Under the pieces are notes generated by a model that saw only the letters and a list, made by a program, of their open reading frames with translations, did not search any database and had not been told where the DNA came from. A program made the position numbers and the translations under genes. A stretch of DNA of 48,502 bases from positions 3,391,547 to 3,440,048 of the forward strand of contig NC_068997.1 of NCBI RefSeq assembly GCF_001194135.2, in the 5' to 3' direction. Numbering within the stretch: position 1 is the first letter of the stretch; every line of letters starts with the position of its first letter. Shown piece by piece: positions 39,324-48,502 of this stretch. This DNA comes from Octopus bimaculoides (taxonomy: Eukaryota).

Positions 39324-40010
39324 NNNNNNNNNNNNNNNNNNNNNNNNNNNNNNNNNNNNNNNNNNNNNNNNNNNNNNNNNNNNNNNNNNNNNNNNNNNNN
39401 NNNNNNNNNNNNNNNNNNNNNNNNNNNNNNNNNNNNNNNNNNNNNNNNNNNNNNNNNNNNNNNNNNNNNNNNNNNNNNNNNNNNNATGTATGTATGTATG
39501 TATCTATATATATACATATATATAAACATAGGGAGAAAAGAAACATAATATGAAGCGAATTCCTTTAATAGTTATGTATGTTTTTCACTCCTCAACACGA
39601 CCGGTCTTGTAGGAGGTATAAGAGGTGAATATATTTATCTAACCACTTGTCACGCTTACTCTTCTGCCCATTTCGCAGCCTTCATCACATAATAGCAATT
39701 GCAGAGTATAACAAATTATGTTTATATGTCCGCAATAATATGCATGGTATGCATTATAAATTAGAATTGTGTTTTTCCAAATCAGTAAACATGAACATAT
39801 GCAGTTGCACTGTATGATGCGACATATAAACGTAATTTATTTTACGATGAAATTATTATGACATGATGAAAGCTTGCTAAATGGCTGTAATCCTAAGGAT
39901 GAAATGTAGTTAAAAAATTATATTCACTTCGCATAACACGTGACATCTTACGGTACTCTGGATGAAATGATCTCATCGATCGGATCTCCTGGATTTCAGA
40001 GTGTTTATTA
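38885..40010. mobile_element. Three diverged homologous segments (-,+,-), probably PLE thumb/linker relics
   Basis: A 38885-39060 (-), B about 39600-39800 (+), C 39818-40010 (-) share CC.TTT.GCA..C.TCATC...TAATA..AATT; B reads RYKR*IYLSNH..AEYNK..FSKSVNMNI, a PLE-like linker motif. Confidence 0.55.
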
Positions 40011-40204
40011 CTTCTATTTCATGTTTTTAACAACAATATGGAAAACTTCATAAGACAGCCGCATCCAGAAATTTTTAAAATATATAATTCATGGCGAACA
40101 CGAACAGGCAACAACAAAGTGGACGTACAGAGTAGACAACCGACGAAGCTAAACATTGAGGGCCAAAACAAATTGTGACGGCGGTAAGAAATTATACAGA
40201 TATG

Positions 40205-40234
40205 CAGATAGATAGATAGATAGATAGATAGATG

Positions 40235-40310
<76 letters not shown>

Positions 40311-40319
40311 TTTGTGTGC

Positions 40320-40372
<53 letters not shown>
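40205..40372. repeat. (GATA)n and (TA)n microsatellites
   Basis: Seen directly. Confidence 0.97.
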
Positions 40373-40375
<3 letters not shown>

Positions 40376-40597
40376 CTATTATTGACTCATGAGCTAGTTG
40401 GTGAGAGACCGGTTACTGAAATCTCGGAGGGTCATTCTGCCTGTAAGTATACCTGAAGGAGTTACAGTCCAAACTTCCAAACGTGCACTACTTTCGAAGC
40501 AATAGCATATATATTTATATATATATATATGTGTGTGTGCGTGTGTGTGTTTGTGTCTGTGTGTCTATGTATGTATATATGTATATATATATATAAA

Positions 40598-42103
40598 TCA
40601 TGCTGGAAAATTTGAGGAGAGCCTGAGTGCGATAAGGGAAGTACTAACACAATTGGATCAACGTACTGCTATATTCCTGATGGGTGACTTCAACTTCCTC
40701 AACATCATGTGACCTGAGGGCAATATAGCCCCAGGAATGACGCACAAACAGCGAAATCAAGCAGAATTTCTACTTGATGTTAAGAAAATCCTATTCATGG
40801 AGCAGATCCTACTCTCTCCAACCAGACACAGAAATATCGTGGACCACTGTTTTACAAACAATGCGGAAATTATCCACAACGTAAATATATCACCGACAAT
40901 ATTCTCAGATCATAACATGATAGAACTGACAATATATGGCCCGGAAATAACTGAAGATAAACTATGCCCAGATGGCGCTCAAACCCTATCCAACCTACAT
41001 TTCTATAAGGCTGACTGGAAGTCAATTGAAAAACAGATAATTCAGCAGCACTGGCCTAAAAGCTTCTCTATGCAAAACATAGATATGAAACTCAATAAAT
41101 TCATGTCAATAATGCGAGCCATGCATATGTCCCAGAGAAGGGAGACTATACACACAAAGAAATCATTCCCCGAGACAGGAGAATACTCATGCGGCGGAGA
41201 ATAAAGATCTCGAATCGCTTAAAAAAGACACCTTAATGACAGTGTGAAATCCCACCTGACAGAGAAACTCTTCGAGATAGAAAATAAACTCAAAATCTGC
41301 CATGAAAAAGAAAGAAGAAAGAGAACTTGGATAGTCAAAAATATAAAAAGAAATCCTAAAGCCTTCTACTCGTTGGCAAAGGAATCTGCCTCAGTACGCT
41401 AAAAGATTGGACCACTATTTGGTAAAAAGGGCTCACTAACTGCAGACCCGGGGAAAATAAGTGAAGCACTAAATAAATAATTTCGAAGTGTTTTCATTTC
41501 ACCACTGGAAAATATGCAAATAAATAAGCTGAAGGTGTTTTCCCATGTAATGAACCTATTCGGAAAAGAGGCAACCATCGATTACATCAACATAACAGAA
41601 GAGGATGCAGTATCGGCCATTGATGAGATAAAATCAAACTCAGCAACAGGCCCAGATGGAACCCCAGATGTTCTCTTAAAGACATGTAAAAAGGCTTTTG
41701 CAAAGCCACTGCAGATACTCTTTCAGAGTTTTCTTGCCTGTGGTAAACTTCCCAACATGCTAAAAGCGGGTATAATATACCCTCTCCACAAAGGAGGGAG
41801 CCGAGAAAATGCTAAAACCATAGGCAAATGCTAAAAACTATTGGCCCATCTCTCTGACCTCACATGTTTGCAACATAGTGGAACGCATTGTCAGAAAAAG
41901 CTGATCACGTTCCTAGAAGAAAACAACCTTCTCACAAACACGCGACATGGCTTCCGTCCAAGGAGGAGCTGTTTCACACAGTTGCTGCTGAACTTTGACT
42001 GGGTACTGAAGAGCTAAACTAGTCAGCACTAGACGTGATATACCTCGACTTTGCCAAGGCTTTCGACAAAGTTGATCATGGCATGATATTTCACAAGATG
42101 TTA
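40598..42103 (+). mobile_element. CR1/L2-group LINE ORF2 relic (AP endonuclease C-terminus + RT N-terminal half)
   Basis: LMGDFNF, DHCFTN, SDHNMI (APE); SATGPDG..LLKTCK..AKPLQILFQ..IIYPLHKGGS, RHGFRPRRSCFTQLL, DVIYLDFAKAFDKVDH (RT); multiple stops and frameshifts. Confidence 0.92.
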
Positions 42104-42164
42104 AACTCGGAATCATGTGGCTGAGAATGTAATTTTTCACTACGCGCACACACCTGCGCCTATG

Positions 42165-42261
<97 letters not shown>

Positions 42262-42392
42262 GCATATATATATGCATGTATATTATATATACATGAATAT
42301 ATAATGCATGTATTATATATGCATGCATTATAATACATGCATTATAATACATGCATATATAATACATCATATTATATGATGTATTATATATA

Positions 42393-42429
<37 letters not shown>

Positions 42430-42480
42430 GTATGTATGTATGTATGTATGTATGTATGTATGTATGTATGTATGTATATA
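42165..42480. repeat. Compound (CA)n-(TA)n-palindromic AT block-(TATG)n
   Basis: Seen directly. Confidence 0.95.
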
Positions 42481-42519
42481 TATTCACTGAAAGAGAGAGA
42501 GTAAGTGTGGGAGGAAAGA

Positions 42520-42690
42520 ATGATCTTGACTGAAACATCGAGTTTTGTCTTTTGTAATTTATTCAACCAGCTACATGGAATTTTGCCACAAATAGCGAAA
42601 CATGGATTAAAGTGGAACACAGTATGTCTAATGAAATTAAAACTACAAAGATTATGGCTTCTGTGTTTCTTCGGTTGATCTTTTTTTTAT
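42520..42690 (+). mobile_element. Mariner transposase catalytic-domain fragment
   Basis: TNSETWI..KIMASVF resembles TGDETW..K.MA.VFWD. Confidence 0.5.
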
Positions 42691-42728
42691 CTATAACGCA
42701 ACTAATCTAGTAAAAAAATAAATGAAAT

Positions 42729-42785
<57 letters not shown>

Positions 42786-42946
42786 CGTGTGTATGGGTGT
42801 GAAATAAAGGTAGATATGTTGAAATCTTGTAATGAGAGTGCACTATTTTATGCCTATATTTTAGAGACCTAAATATTTGCAGGAACCTGACTGACAAAAT
42901 AACAGCTCCCGTAGATTATTTTGGCATGGTTTATATATGAATACTT

Positions 42947-42998
<52 letters not shown>

Positions 42999-43014
42999 GC
43001 CCACTCACACATAT

Positions 43015-43047
<33 letters not shown>

Positions 43048-43754
43048 TACATACATACATACATTTATACGCATACACACACTTAAAAATATTACTAAAA
43101 TTAATAATAATATCTACGAAAATATGTCAACAGAACGTTATCGATGTAATCCAAGTTGGTGAAATTCCTACTTAACATCTGAAAAGCTTGTAGCTGTAAA
43201 TATACACGAACTAAACAAATTTTACTTTTGACATTCATTAAACCAAAAGTGGCGTCATTGAATAACTAATTTGCTACACAAAAATAAAAGACAAAAAATA
43301 CCATACTAATTCTATATTTTTTGACAATTTGAAATCTACATAGAAATATAATCTAAAAACATAATCTAAAAAAATAACTTGAAAAATTACCTAAAGAAAT
43401 GAGTATTTTTATAGATCATTATTGATGACGTCGCTGGATAACTAGAGAAGAAAAACTATAGTTGCCCTTGGTTGAATGAATGAATGTTTAAAGTTTTAAA
43501 TTTGATCTGGCGCTTCTTTTGCTAGCGTTTATTTGCAGCTAATTTTTTTTCAGATGTTTAGTTGGAAATTCACCAATTTGGATTACCTTGATAATGTGGC
43601 GTTGACATATATTTTCGTAGATATCATTATTAATCTTAATAATATTGTGTGTGTGTTTGTGTGTGTGTATGTGTACAGACATATACATATATGTATGTCT
43701 GTATGTACATATACATCTCTATCTATATGTACATACATGCACACACACACATGC

Positions 43755-43834
<80 letters not shown>

Positions 43835-44149
43835 NNNNNNNNNNNNNNNNNNNNNNNNNNNNNNNNNNNNNNNNNNNNNNNNNNNNNNNNNNNNNNNNNN
43901 NNNNNNNNNNNNNNNNNNNNNNNNNNNNNNNNNNNNNNNNNNNNNNNNNNNNNNNNNNNNNNNNNNNNNNNNNNNNNNNNNNNNNNNNNNNNNNNNNNNN
44001 NNNNNNNNNNNNNNNNNNATATATATATATATATATATATATATACCAATGCTCAGACAACACCACTGACCAAACACAAATAAATAAGGAAATTATACTT
44101 CTTCAAAAATATAGACTACAACTCAACATAATCTAAAATACTCCCAAGG

Positions 44150-44708
44150 TACACATCCACAACAAACACACACACACGCACAAACACAATGGAAACCTCC
44201 CACACAAACACACACATACATATACACACACGTGCATACACAATATCAACACTCCCGAGCACAAACCCACACACACATTCCAAGAAAAAACGCATACATA
44301 CATACGTAAACACGTACATGTACAAACCTACACACACCGCTCTGATAATTACAAGACACACTCACACAAACACACCCACACATACACATACAAACACGCA
44401 AATACAACACAACCCACCCACAAACGCACACGCATATATATACACATATGTACACATACACACACATACAAAGACAATATGCCAGTTCTCCAGTAAAAAA
44501 TCACACACACACACACACTTAAAGAAAAACACACATATATACACGCAATGCAATCCCAACAATCACAACACTCACAGACACACGCACATACACATACATA
44601 CACACACACAAGCACGCACACACACATAATAACACACCACCCTGACAAATACAAGACCCATAGACACACCCACACGTACACACACACATTTCCCCACAAC
44701 AAATATAG

Positions 44709-44754
<46 letters not shown>

Positions 44755-45000
44755 AACATACACACGCGCACACACAGATGCACACATACACACACACAAA
44801 CAAAAACATACACACAAACACATACACACACATGCGCACACACAGCACCCTGACAAATAGAAATCACATACACACATGCACACACACTGAACTCTCAGAC
44901 AAAGCTAAAAACCCACACACACACAAACACAGGCACATATATATACACATACACATAGAAATGTGCACAGAGACACACACACACACCATTTTGAACACCA
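44150..45000. repeat. Cryptically simple A/C-rich (degenerate CA) tract
   Basis: About 850 bp strongly depleted in G and T on the plus strand; source of the CV/HT ORFs. Confidence 0.9.
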
Positions 45001-45590
45001 GTCCTCAAAACCACTGAACCATGACAGACTAGGCCAGAAACAAAAAAGTCTTTTTGATTCCACAATGCTCTCCGCGACCAACCTCCCACACTATTTCAAA
45101 AAATAGCAAACATTTGTCATACACACACTAAAAGACTGAGGATGATGGCTGGAAAGGTTGGTCATTTCCCTAAAATTCTGTATAAATACTTAAATATATT
45201 TCCTTCTGTATATAAGCTTCTATACAACCGTGATTTTTGATGACCTTAAAATAATTATAAATTTATTTTGCTACCTATTTTGAACATTTTCATGTAAACT
45301 GTTTAAACAAAAAGCCCCTTTTTATCATTGTCAAAGAATCTATTTTTTAACCTTTCCTTATCATTATCAAAGACTGTATAACTGTATTTTAATACGATTA
45401 TGATAACCATTTTTTAACACAACAAAGCTTATACAAAGCTTTACATTTTACTTTTGATAATCTTTTTTAAAAGAGTGAAACCGATCAAGTCAATAAAAAT
45501 ATTTATAAGGCCGCTGCCTTTTCAGACTCTCTTTCCTATATATTTTCACTCGTGCGTTACCTTGCAGCTTTATTTTGTTATATATATATA

Positions 45591-45634
<44 letters not shown>

Positions 45635-45882
45635 CGTGTGTGTGTGTGTGTGTGTGTGTGCACGTGTGTGTAAATATATATACATATATATATATATACA
45701 TATATATATATACACACACATATATGCATATATAAATATATGCATACACACATATATCTATAAATAGATACATAAATATATTCAACACATACACACACAC
45801 ACACACACACGCACACATCATATTTCATAGATGAGAACAGGACATTCTCCCTACAGAATACTCTTAATAGTGCTTACATTCT

Positions 45883-45943
<61 letters not shown>

Positions 45944-45944
45944 A

Positions 45945-46697
45945 GAATTGTTCAAATATTACAATATGTAATCAGTGATTAAAAAAACAGGAAACAATAC
46001 TAATTCAAAGAACGTTCTCACTCCTATCGTAAATGGAACAGAAAGGGGAAATGTTTCGATCCCTATGATCTCAAAAAAATAAAAAGTAAAGCCCCCAAAA
46101 TTCTTTACTCTTTCACTACTTTTAATCTAAGAAATGATGAAATATTTAACCACACACAAAACAACATATCTAGACTGTTTGAAAATTAAAAAAATGAAAA
46201 CGAAGCCTCGAAAAGCAACTTTTCATCAAAGCAAAAGGTAATAGAAGATTTTGAAGGATATTCTTACTTCAGCAAAGGTTTTCAAACAAGCGACAAACCC
46301 CAGGGTTACTAAATATGGTAGGGCAATTTGTGGAACGTGTCTATACTTTACTGAAGACACACAATTCAAATTTAAAGATAGACATGACTTTAAAATAAAA
46401 GCAACTTTTACTAGCAAATCCCAAAATTTAATTTACACCACAACATGCTGTGGATGCTTGCAAAACTACATCGAACAAGCGGGATCACGTTTCGCAGAAG
46501 ATTGAAGGCGCATAAACAACAAATAAATAATGAAAACACTAGAAAAATACGGTCAGCGGATATATAGCAACCGGTACCGAAATGAAACGGCCAAATTTTA
46601 AAATGATTCCATTTTACAAATGTTCAGACTCTACCAAGAAATAATAAATGAACAAGCAAAACCAATTTATTATAAAATACAATCCTTCCTTGAATGA
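45945..46697 (+). mobile_element. Penelope-like element linker + GIY-YIG relic
   Basis: TTFNLRNDEIF..LKDILTSAK..KYGRAICGTCLY..KIKATFTSKSQNLIYTTTCCGCLQNYIEQ..NQFIIKYNPSLN; parallels 14605-15370. Confidence 0.87.
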
Positions 46698-46801
46698 TTG
46701 GCAAACAATTTCTTTCATATAACAATTCGGATACACTTAAACGGAAGCGCACGCACGTATTCATATACTGTTTGGATATATGTACTGTATATCAGTAACA
46801 T

Positions 46802-47057
46802 TGAGGTGCATGGTTTAGTGGTTAAGGTGTCAGCATCATGATCGCAAGATTGTGGTTTCGATTCCTGGACCGGGCGATGCGTTGTGTTCTTGAGCAAAAC
46901 ACTTCATTTCACGTTGCTCCAGTCCACTCAGCTGGCAAAAATGAGTAACGCTGCGATGGACTGGCGTCCCGTCCAGCTGGGGAACGCATACGCCATTGAA
47001 ACCGGGAAACCGGGCCCATGATCCTGGCTAGGCTTTAAAAGGGCGCCTTTATTTATT
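46802..47057 (+). mobile_element. tRNA-derived SINE, CORE/Meta-like core, tail type 2, with TSD
   Basis: A-box TGGTTTAGTGG, B-box GGTTTCGATTCC, core TTGTGTTCTTGAGCAAAACACTTCATTTCACGTTGCTCCAGTCCACTCAGCTG; TSD 46788-46801 / 47061-47074. Confidence 0.95.
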
Positions 47058-47075
47058 ATTTATATCAATAACATA

Positions 47076-47450
47076 GTGGAGGCGCAATGGTGCAGTGGTT
47101 AGGGCAGCGGACTCGCGGTCGTAGGATCGCGGTTTCGATTCCCAGACCGGCATTGTGAGTGTTTATTGAGCGAAAACACCTAAAGTTCCACGAGGCCTCG
47201 GCAGGGGATGGTGGAGAACCCTGCTGTACTCTTTCACCCCAGTTTTCTCTCACTCTTTCTTCCTGTTTCTGTTGTACCTGTATTTCAGCCTTGTCACACT
47301 CTCTGTCACGCTGAATCTCCCCGAGAACTACGTTAAGAGTAGAGTGTGTGTGGAGTGCCCAGCCACTTGCACGTTAATTTCGCAAACAGGTTGTTCCGTT
47401 GATCGGATCAACTGGATCCCTCGTCGTCCTAACCGACGGAGTGCCAACCA
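47076..47450 (+). mobile_element. tRNA-derived SINE (family B)
   Basis: Close homolog of 25958-26324; TSD 47064-47076 / 47462-47474. Confidence 0.93.
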
Positions 47451-48110
47451 CCACCACCACCATCAGTAACATAGATGTGTGTGTGTATGTAAAGTGTGCA
47501 CGTAAATAATTTTGACTTGCATGAAAAAGTTCAACTAACTATTTCTTAGCTTATATGAAAGCGGAGTACTTTACCAATACCATATGTTTAAAAAAAAAAT
47601 TATATGCGATACCTATCAAATGCGAGGAGTGCCATGTTCTTTTTGTTTGTCTACTTACTTGCACACAACTGACCTGGTAAGATGGGTTCGTCCTACGCTC
47701 CCCCACCACCACCACCACCACCCCCACAAAAGTTAAAGTCATATAGACCTGACTGAAGCTGCTGTTTATAAAAAGAAAACATGGAACTCCTACAAAATGT
47801 TCTGAGAGCCACGTTCTTTTGTTTGTTCACACACTCACACACACAAATACATGCGCGCACACACTCTCACGAATACACACACATATACATACACAAACAC
47901 CTATATATACACATATAGACTAACAGAAGACAGATAGATGGATAGATACGAGAGAGAGAGAGAGAGAGACAGACAGGCAGAAGACAGACAGACAGACAGA
48001 CAGAGTGACGCAGTTCATATATTTATGCATGCAGGTAAGCAGTTCCTCTTGTCATCACGTGCCGGCGATTGAAATTTAATAGACGAAAGGTATGCAGCCC
48101 CTGTCGTATG

Positions 48111-48112
<2 letters not shown>

Positions 48113-48177
<65 letters not shown>
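48113..48177. repeat. (TA)n microsatellite
   Basis: Seen directly. Confidence 0.97.
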
Positions 48178-48181
<4 letters not shown>

Positions 48182-48502
48182 GTGCAAAAACACATGCGTA
48201 GGCATACACAAAAACACGCGCATATGCTGAGACATACACACGTTTGTCTATCTGTGTGAGAATGTGGTGTCGGTTACGTCACACATTGTCTGAACTGATA
48301 TATTTCAAAAAGTGAACACTGACAAATATAAGGTCACCTATTTACTGAAGAGTCTAACAGGTATCTGTTGATATTGCGTAGACGAAGGATTTTGTACCAA
48401 GCTTTTAAATCTTATATCCTTTCCTCGTCCCTCGTCCCAACATCCAACCGTCCATAAATACTTATATATTACATATACATTTGTGTGATATATATATATA
48501 TA

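Noticed and set aside
46802-46875. tRNA-like A/B boxes (also 5842, 25958, 47076)
   Set aside because: No complete cloverleaf, and each continues into a SINE body; they are SINE heads, not tRNA genes.
48345-48420. CTGAAGA-GTCT..AGAC-GAAG hammerhead-like motif
   Set aside because: Core GAAA is GAAG and no stem I can be formed; probably chance.

Overview
AT-rich, repeat-dominated eukaryotic non-coding DNA (intergenic or intronic) from a draft assembly with 13 N-gaps (about 4.4 kb), almost all bordered by microsatellites. The SINE complement (tRNA-like heads with CORE/Meta-like or Nin/Deu-like central domains) and extreme (CA)/(TA)/(TACA)/(GATA)n density suggest a coleoid cephalopod such as Octopus; this is inference from recalled repeat families, not a database search. 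I find no intact protein-coding gene, tRNA/rRNA gene or CRISPR array. Nearly all ORF-track entries are microsatellite or N-gap read-throughs. Nearly all protein-like sequence I could place is decayed transposable-element sequence: at least 6 Penelope-like (PLE) RT/GIY-YIG loci, a CR1-like EN+RT LINE piece, two RLE-type LINE ends, an RTE 3' end, mariner fragments and MITEs, and two hAT MITEs with perfect 8-bp TSDs. The most notable items are an apparently ORF1-only (zinc-knuckle) retroelement with an A-rich tail and candidate 17-bp TSD, a decayed minimal hammerhead ribozyme behind a PLE endonuclease, two SINEs inserted at one target site, and fold-back/palindromic structures. Protein-family calls come from motifs matched by eye and need HMM confirmation. 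I do not see solid evidence for a wholly new biological system.
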